NCBI GenBank assembly: GCA_963842925.1
Contig: CAWJIL010000017.1
Span: forward strand, 178,833 to 242,832
Origin: an uncultured delta proteobacterium
GTDB lineage: Bacteria; Desulfobacterota; Desulfobacteria; Desulfobacterales; B30-G6
Reading direction: 5' to 3'
Length of the DNA stretch: 64,000 nucleotides
Shown here: in pieces, positions 38,175-49,813 of the stretch
Position numbering within the stretch: the stretch's first letter is position 1
Layout of the letters: every line of letters starts with the position of its first letter
Position numbers and translations under genes: made by a program
Notes under the pieces: model-generated
The model's database searches: none
What the model was told of the DNA's origin: nothing
Seen by the model: only the letters and a program-made list of their open reading frames with translations

Positions 38175-38562
38175 AACCGCATAAGCGAAAAGACAATTCT
38201 TAACGCATTTGATAAAGCTGTATCTGATAAAAGATATAAAAATGGGATGGGCAGATTATGGGATTTCAGAGAGGCTAATCTATCTACTCTTGGATCTAAT
38301 ACTGTCTATGAGATGGCGCAATATTCCTTAAGATTCCCTCCAGGGATAAATGATGTCAAAGTGGTTTTTTTTTGTAAGCAGTGACTTTGAGTATGGGCTA
38401 ACCCGGATGTTTGAGATGTCATCAAGAGGTATGACACAAATCAATGTTTTTAGGAAGATGGACGAAGCTGTAAAGTATTTGATGGAGCAAGCGACCCAGG
38501 GCATACAATATATTAATGGGCCCTGCCGTGGTAGGGATAGAATAATATATGGAGATAAATAA
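38175..38562 (+). pseudogene. 5'-truncated and frameshifted paralogue of 53550..53969 (small domain of unknown function)
   Basis: Two frames joined at a T9 run (38365-38373) give ..INDVKVVFF/VSSDFEYGLTRMFE..VFRKMDEAVKYL. This parallels INPKMRIAILVNSDLAFGLSRVWE..VFRNRNELIDWI in 53550..53969. Confidence 0.55.
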
Positions 38563-39022
38563 ACTTCAAAAAATATTTGGTGTAGGCCCTATGGGAGCGG
38601 TAATTAGCCTTTTATTATTGGCTCTGTTCGCGTGGGCAGATTCAATGATGAAACTCCCGGTTATGGTGGCTTATACCGGTTTAATGAAAAGTATCGGCGT
38701 AGCCCTAATCATTCTTGGTTTAGGGCTACATTTTTGGTCTTTTTCTACACTGCGTAATTGGTGGGCAGATAACAAACTTTGCACAAAGGGTCCTTTTAAG
38801 CATTTCCGTCACCCAATGTACGCTGCCTGGATTACTTTTGTATGCCCAGGGGCGGCCTTGTATTTGAATTCTTGGCTTTATTTGTTTTGGTTATTGCTTT
38901 TGCAAATAATTTGGCACAAGTTTGTAAAGAAAGAAGAAATCATAATGATCGATACGTTCGGAGAAGACTATATAGATTATGCACGACAAACGGGTCGGTT
39001 TTTTCCTAAGATGTTGAACTGA
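38549..39022 (+). CDS. Isoprenylcysteine carboxyl methyltransferase (ICMT/PEMT)-family membrane methyltransferase
   Basis: 4-TM protein with ..GPFKHFRHPMYAAW.. and ..E..M...FG.DY..Y...TGRF.P. Confidence 0.75.
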   Translation: MEINKLQKIFGVGPMGAVISLLLLALFAWADSMMKLPVMVAYTGLMKSIGVALIILGLGLHFWSFSTLRNWWADNKLCTKGPFKHFRHPMYAAWITFVCPGAALYLNSWLYLFWLLLLQIIWHKFVKKEEIIMIDTFGEDYIDYARQTGRFFPKMLN

Positions 39023-39583
39023 GACATTTATGATTAAATTTCCCATATCTTGTGGTTTTTAAACGTCTCTGATATCGTAGTCCAATTATGAATCACCCTG
39101 CAATTATTTGACCAACAAACTCTCCTCGATTTACCGGATTCATAATTAATTCTATTTTTTTTTGTACAATTCACAATAACTTTACTATTCTTGAGTTATA
39201 CGTAACTAAACAATAATGTAAGAATAGTTACATCCCCCTGAATAACAATTTGTACTATTAACTTGTGTTTCTCTATATCGGTCTTATTATAATAGTATGA
39301 CTTCAGACCTCCCCTGTGGATAGGGGGGAGGCAATTCACTTCAAATACCTTCTAAAACCATCATATCAGATATTACCCCAAGGTGACGCTATGCGGCAAG
39401 GTCATTGGATGCGCGGCTGGTTATGTGAATGGAAACGCTAAAACAAGAAGATATCTAAGGATGTTACTTTTAAAAAAATACTCAAATGATGCATGCGTTG
39501 CTTCTAATAGAATTAATGTGATCTGTCGTGAGCTTCAGGTGCCATTTGGTTCACATACATAATAAAATAAAAGGAGATATCAA

Positions 39584-39934
39584 ATGAAACCAGAAACTGC
39601 AGGGAAATTCAAATACGGAGGTTGGGGGATCGTTTGTGGAGCAATTATCGCCATGATCGTCGGTTTTGGGTGGGGTGGCTGGTCAACCGCCGCCACGACG
39701 CAAAAGATGAGCGAAGAATCGCTTTTGGCAAGTCAGGCAGCGATCTGCGTCGCCCAATTTATGAAGCAACCGGCCAATGAAGAGAAACTTAAAGAATTAG
39801 GGGAAATAGATTCATGGAAGAGAGCTGACTTCATTGAAAAAGGGGGCTGGGATAAAATGCCCGGGCAAGAAACAGCTGACTATTCTGTAGCCAGAGCATG
39901 TTCCGATGGGCTTGAACTTCTTATCAAAAAATGA
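39584..39934 (+). CDS. Hypothetical membrane-anchored protein
   Basis: AAGGAG RBS. One Gly-rich TM segment (GGWGIVCGAIIAMIVGFGWGGW). Confidence 0.55.
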   Translation: MKPETAGKFKYGGWGIVCGAIIAMIVGFGWGGWSTAATTQKMSEESLLASQAAICVAQFMKQPANEEKLKELGEIDSWKRADFIEKGGWDKMPGQETADYSVARACSDGLELLIKK

Positions 39935-40267
39935 GATAAATAAAATAAATATTGAAGGTGATTCACAATTTATTTTATGTGGGTCACCTTTTTTTTCTGA
40001 TGATCTTATTTCAGAGATTTGCATTATACAATATACCGCTCTAACGGGATCCACATCGGCTCAACTTAGTCTTACCACACTTTTACTCGCCAATTTTTGG
40101 GGATCCTCATAGCTCCAATCAACACCAGTTCCTGTCTGTTTAAGCGCTTTTGAAAATGTCAGGATAGGTACTTTTTCGTAAACAACAGTTTTAATACGCA
40201 TTCGATTATAATGCTGAATATCGGATAGTCATCTGATAATGAAACTTAACACCCTGGAGGTGACACA

Positions 40268-40585
40268 ATGATTGACAATCAATCGACAGAAGAACTTTGG
40301 CTAACTGCTCGGCTAAATAAATTCCATAACCAGGAGAGAGATGGGGGTGCCAGTGAATTTGATGCACATAATATGCTTGAATGGCTTAGAGAAAACTATA
40401 TAGATGATTTGATGGCATACCAAGAATCAACAACCATCGCAGATGTTAAGGTTCTGAATCGTAGGGTAGCAAAAATGATGGACGAACTTGTCCATCGGAA
40501 AAATTATTTCATCAAGAGTAAGGATAAGGCGAAAAGTATGAATATTAATGGCGTGGCATCACCCAATACAATTTGGAAGAAATAA
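40268..40585 (+). CDS. Hypothetical protein
   Basis: 105-aa ORF with GGAGG upstream. No motif recognised. Confidence 0.5.
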   Translation: MIDNQSTEELWLTARLNKFHNQERDGGASEFDAHNMLEWLRENYIDDLMAYQESTTIADVKVLNRRVAKMMDELVHRKNYFIKSKDKAKSMNINGVASPNTIWKK

Positions 40586-40640
40586 AAGAAGATGAACGAA
40601 ATCGAAAAAAAGATGTCGTTACATAAGTCTTTCCGTGGTA

Positions 40641-40805
40641 CTCTCCAACAAAAACAAGGTTATCAGACCCCTGAAATATTACCGGTGTGTGATTATAATC
40701 ACAACTGACGAAAGCTTGTATTCATAGGCCTTCCGTGATATCTTGGCGATGACCAGATGGTATCGGTTAAATTTACATCAAACTTGATAACTGGACTTCT
40801 CTCAT
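40641..40805 (+). repeat. ~165-bp repeat, full copy R11
   Basis: CTCTCCAACAAAAACAAGGTTATCAGACCCCTGAAATATTACCGGTGTGTGATTATAATCACAAC..CCAGATGGTATCGGTTAAAT..CTTGATAACTGGACTTCTCTCA. Ends 49 nt before the ATG at 40855. Confidence 0.85.
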
Positions 40806-40854
40806 TCAATCATCAGATCAGGCCGAATAAGCGGTCCTATGCTTTGAATGTAGT

Positions 40855-41574
40855 ATGAAAATATTAATCCTATCGGACATACACGGGAATCTGCAGGCAC
40901 TTGAGTGCGTGTTGAAGCGTACGCCCCACGATCTTGTCATCTGCTGCGGCGATCTGGTGGTGGGATACCCATTTGCCGAACAGTGTATCGGAGTGTTTAG
41001 ACGTATCGGAGCTCGGGTCTGTATGGGCAACCACGACTTTGTTATTGCCCACGACCGGAAAGTCTCTCCACAGTTGTATAGCAAATATGCCCATCTGGCA
41101 GCAGAGCTTGACCGATCGACGGACCTAACCCGGGAGTGCATCGGGGAAAGCAGCAAAGCCTACCTTAAAAACCTTCCCAGGGAACAACATGTTAAAGTGA
41201 AAAGCACAACATTTTACATGAATCACACCATCCCGGGACATTCGCTGCATCATTATATCCCACCCGACACATCGGAACAGGAAATGATTGATTACTACGA
41301 CGGCGTACAGGCCGATATTCTAATAACCGGACACACTCACGTTCAGTACATCAAAAAAATAGGGCATCGACTTCTTATTAACCCAGGAAGTGTCGGTGAA
41401 CCAAGGGACGGAGACCCAAGGGCCTGTTTTGCCGTATTTGACACCAGTACCGGTCAGGTTCAATTAAACCGATTGGTTTATGATGCCTCTGAAACGCTTA
41501 GAGCTTTATCGGAATTGGAGTATCCAAATTACTTGGCATATTGTCTAACATACGGCTCACTGCCAAAATCTTAA
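40855..41574 (+). CDS. Metallophosphoesterase (YfcE/MJ0936-like)
   Basis: MKILILSDIHGN, GDLV, GNHD, GHTH, PGSVG. Confidence 0.85.
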   Translation: MKILILSDIHGNLQALECVLKRTPHDLVICCGDLVVGYPFAEQCIGVFRRIGARVCMGNHDFVIAHDRKVSPQLYSKYAHLAAELDRSTDLTRECIGESSKAYLKNLPREQHVKVKSTTFYMNHTIPGHSLHHYIPPDTSEQEMIDYYDGVQADILITGHTHVQYIKKIGHRLLINPGSVGEPRDGDPRACFAVFDTSTGQVQLNRLVYDASETLRALSELEYPNYLAYCLTYGSLPKS

Positions 41575-41801
41575 CCAATTTATATGTATCAGAAGAATAA
41601 AACCACTAAAAACAGTGTATATCTCCAAATGATCAGTACGATTTTCCCAATCGAAAAAGCTGTGATATTTATAACATCTGTAATTTGGATGAAGTAGTGA
41701 TTCCATCAATCACAACTTTGCCGATAAATAGTTTTACATTTTATTGTACTTGAAGTTAATTACAAGAATCTAAAGTGTTACCCTTGGAAAGGAGTATCTA
41801 C

Positions 41802-42788
41802 ATGAAACCTAAGAAACTTGTAATTTTATTTTTTTGTGCCGTTCTTTTCTTCATCTCCTTAATAACTATTTCTTACGCAAAAACTGAGAAAATTAAATAC
41901 CAAGTTCCCAAAACAATCGATTTAACCGACATTATAAGGGGTAACACAGAAGGCTTAGGGGAAAAAACAATTTATGGTGAACTACGGATGCCATCTTCTG
42001 TTGAAGGCAAAATTCCAGCAGTTGTAATTATGCATGCTTCTGGCGGTGTGTTTGATTTTCGTGAAAAAGCGATGGCACAACTCTTGAATAAAAATGGAAT
42101 AGCCGCATTTATTCCGTATAGTTTTAAAGCAAGGGGCATTACCAATACAAAGAAAACAGCAGGGACTGGCGTTACCTTTGGGATGCGCCTAACTGATGCA
42201 TATGGTGCTTTGCGTTTATTAAGCTCTCACCCAAATATTGACACGGATAAAATTGCAATAATGGGGTATTCAAGTGGCGGCATTGTCTCTCTTTTAAGCT
42301 CCGACGAAAAAATTCGAAAGAGCTTAGCAAGGGGTACACTGAAATTTGCTGCGCATATAAATGTATACGCTGGTACAATTTTTATTTTTAAAAATGCTGA
42401 ACCAACCCAAGCGCCGATCCTATTTCTAACAGGAGAAAAGGACAATACATGTCCGATAGAGAAAGTAATGGCATATGCTCAACGGTTGAAAGATGCCGGA
42501 GGTAATATAACAACAATCGTATACCCGGGCGCACATCATGTTTTTGACGCTAAAATGTCCACGAAGACAATATCGACAACAAATGATGGAAATTGTCAAT
42601 TTGAAATTCTGGACGATGGAAACTTAGTAGATAGTGCCACCGGGGAATTATTTCCTGAAAAAGATTACCCGGGAGATCACATAAAGCCATGTTCAGTGAA
42701 AAAAGCGACTTTTGGCAGAAATATGTCTGCTGCCAAGAAATATAAAAAAGATGCAATTGATTTTATACTGAATGCACTTATGCCGTGA
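41802..42788 (+). CDS. Secreted alpha/beta hydrolase (dienelactone hydrolase-like)
   Basis: ATG at 41802 after GGAAAGGAG. Signal peptide. Nucleophile elbow GYSSGG. Late ..GAHHVFD. Confidence 0.8.
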   Translation: MKPKKLVILFFCAVLFFISLITISYAKTEKIKYQVPKTIDLTDIIRGNTEGLGEKTIYGELRMPSSVEGKIPAVVIMHASGGVFDFREKAMAQLLNKNGIAAFIPYSFKARGITNTKKTAGTGVTFGMRLTDAYGALRLLSSHPNIDTDKIAIMGYSSGGIVSLLSSDEKIRKSLARGTLKFAAHINVYAGTIFIFKNAEPTQAPILFLTGEKDNTCPIEKVMAYAQRLKDAGGNITTIVYPGAHHVFDAKMSTKTISTTNDGNCQFEILDDGNLVDSATGELFPEKDYPGDHIKPCSVKKATFGRNMSAAKKYKKDAIDFILNALMP

Positions 42789-42968
42789 ATTGTTTTGCGC
42801 TTTTATTGCTTTTTTCGGAGTGTGGAAATATAAAGGTCCAACACATAGGTATAATTTGTCCAGTCCAAAGATAACTGTAATATATAGCATATCTGTAAAA
42901 TTGTTTGGACGAATAAGTTGTGGTATTGATGGTTCCCAATATATTGCTTTCTGAAATATCCTTTTAAT

Positions 42969-43538
42969 TTGTGCGGTGATGTCGTGAAGTATCAAATTGT
43001 GGAAAACGTAAAACTAATATCAGCATTTGTTCTGATTGTGTTGATTTTGTCGAATGGTTGTGCTGATAAAGATTGGCGTACCGCCACTCGCGAATCTGCC
43101 GGGATTGCACCTGACCCTTCCACCACAAGTGAGGCAATCCTTTATGTCTATGGTGCCGATGCTTGGGGTTGGCGCGGCTGGTTTGCAATTCATACCTGGA
43201 TCGCCGCCAAGCGTACCGGAGAAACTTCTTATACTGTGTACGATGTGGTTGGTTGGCGTGGCAATCGTGGCCAGCCGGTTATTAGGATTACCCAGGACGT
43301 ACCCGACCGCTACTGGTACGGCGAGAAGCCCCGGGTCCTAAAAGAGCATAGAGGAAAGGGGGTCGACGAACTGATTTCTGCCATAGAAAAGGCAGCCTAT
43401 GCTTACCCATGGAAAACAACCTACAAAGCCTTTCCAGGGCCCAACAGCAATACCTTTATCGCTTGGATCGCCAAACAGGTACCGGAACTTGACCTGGATC
43501 TCCCCTTTTCTGCTATTGGTAGCGGTTACGTGGAATAA
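42969..43538 (+). CDS. DUF3750-like lipoprotein
   Basis: Lipobox LSNGC. ..AWGWRGWFAIHTWIAAKR..YTVYDVVGWR..FPGPNSNTFIAWIAKQVPELDLDLP matches my recollection of DUF3750. Confidence 0.7.
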   Translation: MCGDVVKYQIVENVKLISAFVLIVLILSNGCADKDWRTATRESAGIAPDPSTTSEAILYVYGADAWGWRGWFAIHTWIAAKRTGETSYTVYDVVGWRGNRGQPVIRITQDVPDRYWYGEKPRVLKEHRGKGVDELISAIEKAAYAYPWKTTYKAFPGPNSNTFIAWIAKQVPELDLDLPFSAIGSGYVE

Positions 43539-43794
43539 TGGGGACACATAGAAATCAACTCTTCACTTGATAAGATACCAACAAAGGTTTTAACTTGGTT
43601 ATACGTCTGCACCGGGACTATGGATAAAACACCTAATAGATATCTGCAGATCGGCCTAATCGGGAATTCCATGTATCACTACCTTTAAAATTCTAATCGC
43701 AATATTTTATTTAGAGGCTCTACCATGTCCAACCCAGAATCCACCTAAACATTATCATTATACACAATGCTCATCATGGAATTAGGTTAACCAA

Positions 43795-44115
43795 ATGAAA
43801 TTCAAAATAATAACCTTCCTTTTTATAATCATTTTTATTGTTTTAAGTTACATGCCAGCATTTGCATTAAACGACAGCGTTCATTTTGACTCTGATGGCA
43901 ATATCATTGATAAAATTCACTATCTAATAATCGTTTCGGAGTGGGAAAAAGCTCTAAAGTTGAAACTTAGAAATGGCTACAATTCAGAATTTAATGTGTG
44001 GAAAGATCCTATAAAATTAAGAAATAAAAGAATTATTCAATGGCGAATTATGAGATCTCTTTATAACCCTGATTCCTTGCCTAAAAATATTGAAAACTTC
44101 TCCACCAAAAATTAA
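43795..44115 (+). CDS. Hypothetical secreted protein
   Basis: Signal-like N terminus MKFKIITFLFIIIFIVLSYMPAFA. 106 aa. Confidence 0.5.
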   Translation: MKFKIITFLFIIIFIVLSYMPAFALNDSVHFDSDGNIIDKIHYLIIVSEWEKALKLKLRNGYNSEFNVWKDPIKLRNKRIIQWRIMRSLYNPDSLPKNIENFSTKN

Positions 44116-44398
44116 GATTAGATACATGCGGATTTGTACATTACCATCGATGACCTGAAATGTGGAAAGGGCATTATCATTACTTTGATAGGGGTGTGAA
44201 TACTCTCTATGTATCGGTACTTGGGTGATATTTGGCTTTTGCCAGGGGATATCTGCAAAATTAACTTTGGTTCCAGACTACAAAATATTGTACACTTTGT
44301 AAATTGACACAAAGTTATATTTACGATATTTCAATTCTACCATCCTACGTTATGTCGACATCATTCAAACTGCATAACCATTAATGGAGGGCACAAAA

Positions 44399-47300
44399 AT
44401 GCAATGCCCGAAGTGTCAGTTTGAGAATCCCGAGGAAATTAAATTTTGTGGTGAATGCGGTGCTAAGTTAGAAAGACTTTGTCCAAGCTGTAATTCGCCA
44501 AGCCCGCCAAACTTTAAATTTTGCGGCGAATGCGGGCATTCCCTCCCGAAGCCCATCTCTCCGCGTCCAAAGACTTCTCCTTTGACGAGAAGATTGCCAA
44601 GATTAAAAAATACCTTCCCCAAGGCATCACCGAGAAGATCCTCTCCCAGCGCGACAAGATCGAAGGGGAACGGAAACAGGTCACTGTCATGTTCTGCGAC
44701 ATGATGGGATTTACGCCGCTTTCCGAGAATCTTGACCCCGAGACCATGTATACAATGATGGACCAGGTCTACGAGATTCTCATCCACAAAGTCCATGACT
44801 ATGAAGGAACAGTGAATGAGATGACGGGTGACGGGATCATGGCTTTGTTCGGTGCTCCTATTGCACTGGAAGATGCCCCTCAGAGGACGTTGGATGCGGC
44901 CATGTCCATTCACCGGGAGATGATAAGGTTCAATGAAAAGATAAAACAGGAAAAGGGGGGCCTTCCCCCAATCCAGATGCGTATCGGCATTCATACTGGC
45001 CTCGTCGTAGTTGGCAGCTCTGGGGAATGATCTCCGGGTGGAATTTAAGGCGGTAGGGGATACGGTGAACCTGGCTGCCCGAATGGAACAGTTGGCGGAA
45101 CCTGGCACTACCTATGTGACTGAAGATACCTTCAAACTCACGGAAGGGTACTTCCGGTTTGAGGCTTTAGGTGACAAAGAAATCAAGGGCAAGGAGAAAT
45201 CCCTTCGTGTTTACCGGGTTATTGCACCCAGTAGAAGGAGGACACGCTTTGATGTCAGTACCGAAAGGGGATTGACCCCCTTGGTTGGGAGGCAGCGGGA
45301 GCTTGAACTTGTTCTCGACGGTTATGAACGCTCCAAGGAGGGGAGAGGCCAGGCCATCTCCATCATCTCCGAGGCAGGGATCGGAAAATCAAGGATTCTC
45401 TATGAGTTCCGAAAAGCTGTAACGAATGAGGATGTCACTTTCCTGGAGGGGAGGTGCCTCTCCTACAGCAGGAATGTTGCCTATTATCCTATCGTAGACC
45501 TACTTAAAGCCAACTTTGACATCCAGGATACCGATACGGGTCAGGAGACCAGAGAAAAGGTTACCAAAGGCCTCCAGTCTATGAAGGTCAATGAAGCCTC
45601 AGCATTACCCTATCTATTAGAACTCCTTTCCGTGAAAGAGAGTGGTATCGACCAGATTCCCTTGAGTCCGGAAGCCAGGAAAGAGAGAACCATTGAGGCC
45701 ATAAAGAAGATTGTCCTCAGAGGCTCAGAAATCAGACCTCTCATCATGGCCACAGAAGACCTTCACTGGATGGACAGCAGTTCTGAGGATGTCATGAAGG
45801 AACTTTTAGAGAGCATAGCGGGAACAAGGGTATTTTTGATCTTTACCTACCGACCGGAATTTGTTCATACGTGGGGGAGCAGATCCTACCATAGCCAGGT
45901 GACGTTGAACCGTCTATCCAACCGTGAAACGTTGACCATGGCAACCAACATCCTTGACGTTCCATATATTGAGAGAAGCCTGGAAGACCTGATCCTGCAA
46001 AAAACGGAGGGGATTCCTTTCTTCATCGAGGAATTCATCAAATCTCTCAAAGACTTGAGGATCATCGAAAGGAAGGACAAGACATACCAGCTATCCAGAA
46101 ACATCAAGAAACTCTCCATCCCTTCTACAATTCAGAGTGTCATTATGGCCCGGGTGGATGCTCTGACGGAAGGAACAAAGGAAGTTCTTCGCACCGGTTC
46201 TGTGATCGAAAGAGAGTTCAGCTATGATCTAATCAAGAGCGTAACCGGCCTGCCTGAACAAGAGCTCCTTTCCCATCTCTCCACCCTAAAGGATTCAGAG
46301 CTTCTCTATGAAAGGGGCATCTATCCTAAATCCACCTATATCTTCAGGCACGCCCTCACCCGGGAGGTGGTCTATGATTCCATCCTTATCAAAAAGAAAA
46401 AGCAACTCCACGAAAAGATAGCAGGTATCATGGAAGAGATCTACAAAGAAGATATCTGCTACCATTATGGTGTTCTGGCCGGTCATTGCATTGCCAGTGA
46501 GAAATACGAGAAGGGGGCGGAGTATGCAAGGCTCGAAGCAAAAAGATACCAGAAGGCGGGATCGTTCAAGGATGCCATTGAGTATGCGAAGAAGAGCGTG
46601 AACAGTTGGGAAAAGTTGCCCCAGACGGAAGCGAACCAGAAAAAACTCATTGATGCCCGGACAACACTCGCAAATTATTATTTGGCTATGAATTTCTATC
46701 CTCCTGCGCGAGAGGCCGTTGAACCGATTCTTGATTTGGCCATAGCGTTAAATTACCGAATAAAGCTTACTACAATATACAAATCAATTGGGCTCCATTA
46801 TATTTGGGTTGAAGAGGACATCCATAAAGGGCTTGAGTTTATTGACAAAGCAACGGCAATTGCCGAGGAAGTAGGAGACTATCTTTCATTGTGGATTGTA
46901 CTCTATCAATCAGGTAGTTTCCAGCCCTTGATTTCGGAATTTAAGGAGGCCCATGACCGACTTCAACAATGTCTCGATTTCAGTCTACAGGCAAAGGATC
47001 CAGAGGCGATATCATTTTCAAAAGGCTCTATTTCTTTTTGCTATCTACTTGAGGGCAAGGTGAACCTTGCTTATGAATTTGCCCAAGAAGCATTGATGTT
47101 GGCACAAGAAACAGGTGATATCTATATCAAAGGGATGGCTTGCTCCGTTTATGGTTCGGCATGTTATCATAAAGGGTTATTTGATGAGGCGAAAACCTAT
47201 CTTTTAGAAGGGGTTTCTTCCTATGAAAAATCGACTCCCATTTCCTGGATCGCATGGGCTTATGCATACTTGGGATTAATGCAAGTTGATTTGGGCGAAT

Positions 47301-47764
47301 ATGATGATGCTGTGAATTATTATAAAAAAGTGATTTCAGTATTGGAAAACGCTAATTATATGCCTTCCATAATTAAATATTTTCAGTCATGTATGATGAG
47401 AGCTAAAGTGTTAAGGCATGATCAGGATGTCGTATTAAGTGAATTAGTTGCATGTTATCAAAACTATAAATTAACGCTGTGTAAAGGCTGGACAGCCAGA
47501 AATATAGGAGATGTCATGCTGAATATAGACGATGATCACATCTCGGATGCAGCAGTCTGGTTTCAGAAGGCCATCGAAGTAGACACGAGAAACGGATTTA
47601 GGTTTCAGTTGGCGCAGGATCATGCTCTATATGCCGACTGGTTCAAGAGGAAGGGAGATATTAAGGGAGCCAAGGAGCAACTCACCAAGGCCGTCGACAT
47701 CTTCAGGGAATGCGGTGCCGATAGATGGGTGGAAAAGTATGAGAAACAATTGGCTGAACTCTAA
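44399..47764 (+). pseudogene. Double zinc-ribbon + class III adenylate/guanylate cyclase + AAA ATPase + TPR protein, interrupted by two frameshifts
   Basis: Three track ORFs (44384.., 44521.., 45011..) together read as one protein: CPKCQ..CGECG x2, then KQVTVMFCDMMGF..GDGIMALFG..RIGIHTG, then LGNDLRVEFKAVGDTVNLAARM, then GIGKSR (P-loop) and TPRs. Frame changes lie near 44565-44572 and 45013-45017. Confidence 0.8.
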
Positions 47765-47874
47765 AACAAATATCCTTTTAATTGCTTCTGCCATATATTG
47801 TGGTTTCGCTGATAACTGCGAGCTGACAGATATCTGGTGATATCTGCATCTAAAAGCATTTTCAAATTTCCTTA

Positions 47875-48010
47875 TACCAACGATTCGGTAGATATCAGAC
47901 CCCTGAAATTTTACCGGTGTGCGAAAATAATCACAACCGACCCTTTCTTGCATTGATACTGGTTCCCATGCTACCGTGGGCATTACCATATGGTATCGGT
48001 AATATTGCCT
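47875..48010 (+). repeat. ~165-bp repeat, near-full copy R12 (centre variant 2)
   Basis: ..CCAACGATTCGGTAGATATCAGACCCCTGAAATTTTACCGGTGTGCGAAAATAATCACAAC..CCATGCTACCGTGGGCATTACCATATGGTATCGGTAATATTGCC. Ends ~70 nt before the ATG at 48084. Confidence 0.8.
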
Positions 48011-48083
48011 GAAATTTTGAAATGTCAGGTGTGAGTGATTTTTTCCGAGGATAAGATATGCAAAATTTCATGGAAGATACATT

Positions 48084-49442
48084 ATGACAGCACCAAAATG
48101 GCTTGCCGATCTGGATTGGGAGAGTGTAGCCACCGAGGCGCTTGAAATATTCCAGACGCTCCTTAGAATCGACACGCAGAACCCTCCTGGGAATGAGAAG
48201 GAGGCCTGTGATGCCATCTCAAAGATACTTGATGGCGAAGGTATTCCCTTTGAGGTATTTGATGTGGCCCCTGGGCGGGCTAACCTTGTCGCTCGCATTC
48301 CTGGCACCGGTGAGTCCGAGCCGGTTCTCATCTCCAGCCATCTTGATGTGGTGCCTGCTGCCGCAGAAGAGTGGACCCACCCACCTTTCGGCGCCGAGAT
48401 CGCTGACGGTTATGTCTGGGGGCGTGGTGCCATTGATATGAAGAACATGACGGCCATGGAGCTATCGTGTTTTCTGGTGGCGTCACGCCACGGAAACGGC
48501 CAACATAAAAGCGATCTGATTTTGGCGGCGGTTGCTGATGAAGAGGCAGGATGCGAACTGGGCTCACTGTGGCTGGCTAAGAACCACCCAGAGAAGGTGA
48601 AGGCCCGTTACGCAATTGGGGAATTCGGCGGATTTACGCTGCACGTTGGTAAGGCGCGGATTTGTCCTGTACAAATCGCTGAAAAAGGCGTCTGCTGGCT
48701 GCGGGTTACGGCTCGTGGCGAGGAGGGGCACGGCGGGCTTCCAGGCAAGGATCATGCGGTGGCTCGAATTGGTAAAGCGGCGAGTCGGCTGGTAGACACA
48801 TCGACGCCGCTTCATGTGACACCGGTGATGGCGCAGAATATCGGGACCATTGCTGACACACAGCCTTTCCCAAACTCTTTTTTGTTCCGGCAGGTTCTCA
48901 ACCCACTCATGAGCGATCTTGTGATAGAGAAGGTGCTTCCAGACAAAAACGTCGCCCGCACTCTCTTCGCTCTTCTCCACAATACGGCTAATCCTACTAT
49001 CATTCGTGCTGGTTCCATCATCAATGCGGTTCCGGCATCGGCTGTTATGGAAGTGGACGGTAGGACGCTCCCCGGACAAACTCCCGAGGATCTGATCCGC
49101 GAGGTAAAAAATATCATCGGGCCGGATTTCGAGATCGACATCATTCGGTCCATGCCGCCAGTAGAGGGAAACCCAAACGATCCGATCTTAGACATCATCC
49201 GAGCGGTTCTCAAGAAGCTGGATCCTGCTCTGGTAATGGTCCCAAATCTGGTCTGGGGCTTCACTGATGCCAAGGCGTGGTCTTCACTGGGCGCTACCTG
49301 CGTTGGATTTTCTCCGGTGATTTTGGGCCCAGAAACACCGTTTAATACCTTGATGCATCGGGTTGACGAACGCGTTCCAGTTGAAGGTTTTAAGAAGGGT
49401 GTCCGAACACTTATTGAGGTCGTTTCCCGTATCATAGCGTAG
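48084..49442 (+). CDS. M20 family metallopeptidase (ArgE/DapE/ACY1/CPG2 type)
   Basis: SHLDVVPA, GRGAIDMKN and ADEEAG metal-ligand motifs. 452 aa. Confidence 0.85.
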   Translation: MTAPKWLADLDWESVATEALEIFQTLLRIDTQNPPGNEKEACDAISKILDGEGIPFEVFDVAPGRANLVARIPGTGESEPVLISSHLDVVPAAAEEWTHPPFGAEIADGYVWGRGAIDMKNMTAMELSCFLVASRHGNGQHKSDLILAAVADEEAGCELGSLWLAKNHPEKVKARYAIGEFGGFTLHVGKARICPVQIAEKGVCWLRVTARGEEGHGGLPGKDHAVARIGKAASRLVDTSTPLHVTPVMAQNIGTIADTQPFPNSFLFRQVLNPLMSDLVIEKVLPDKNVARTLFALLHNTANPTIIRAGSIINAVPASAVMEVDGRTLPGQTPEDLIREVKNIIGPDFEIDIIRSMPPVEGNPNDPILDIIRAVLKKLDPALVMVPNLVWGFTDAKAWSSLGATCVGFSPVILGPETPFNTLMHRVDERVPVEGFKKGVRTLIEVVSRIIA

Positions 49443-49637
49443 AAGCCGCAGCCATTTTCGACAGATATGTTCGATAAACATTCGCCGAAAACAAGGACCC
49501 GAATCGGCATGTATCTGCCATAAATATCCGTAAAAAATTAATCCTCTACAAAAGACAGATAGTTACACTTATCTTTGGGCAATCATCTGTGGAAGAATCG
49601 TCAAAAATAATCGAAATAAATCGTCCACCAGCAGTGG

Positions 49638-49805
49638 ATATCCAACAAAAACAAGGTTATCAGACACCTAAAATTCTACCGGTGTGCGAAAATTATCGCA
49701 ACAGACGAAATCTTGTATTCATAATCCTTGCCGTGATACCTTGGTGATGACCAGATGGTATCGGTAATATTGCCGTTGAACTTGATAACTGGACTTATCT
49801 CCATA
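49638..49805 (+). repeat. ~165-bp repeat, full copy R13
   Basis: Roughly 85% identical by eye to R11 over the whole length. Its right end ..GGACTTATCTCCATA is followed, after CATCACCA, by the intron 5' end. Confidence 0.85.
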
Positions 49806-49813
49806 CATCACCA

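Noticed and set aside
36260-40640. Replication origin at the point where gene and repeat orientation switch
   Set aside because: There is no dnaA gene and no DnaA-box cluster. Genes at 1.8-15.7 kb are on the plus strand, which does not fit a simple origin-centred strand bias.
44560-45020. Programmed ribosomal frameshifting in the cyclase-ATPase-TPR gene
   Set aside because: There are two independent shifts in different directions, with no slippery heptamer or downstream structure that I could see. Pseudogenisation or sequencing error is simpler.
48564-49510. ORFs 48564..49079 and 48812..49510 antisense to the M20 peptidase gene
   Set aside because: They lie entirely within a gene that has clear metallopeptidase motifs on the other strand.
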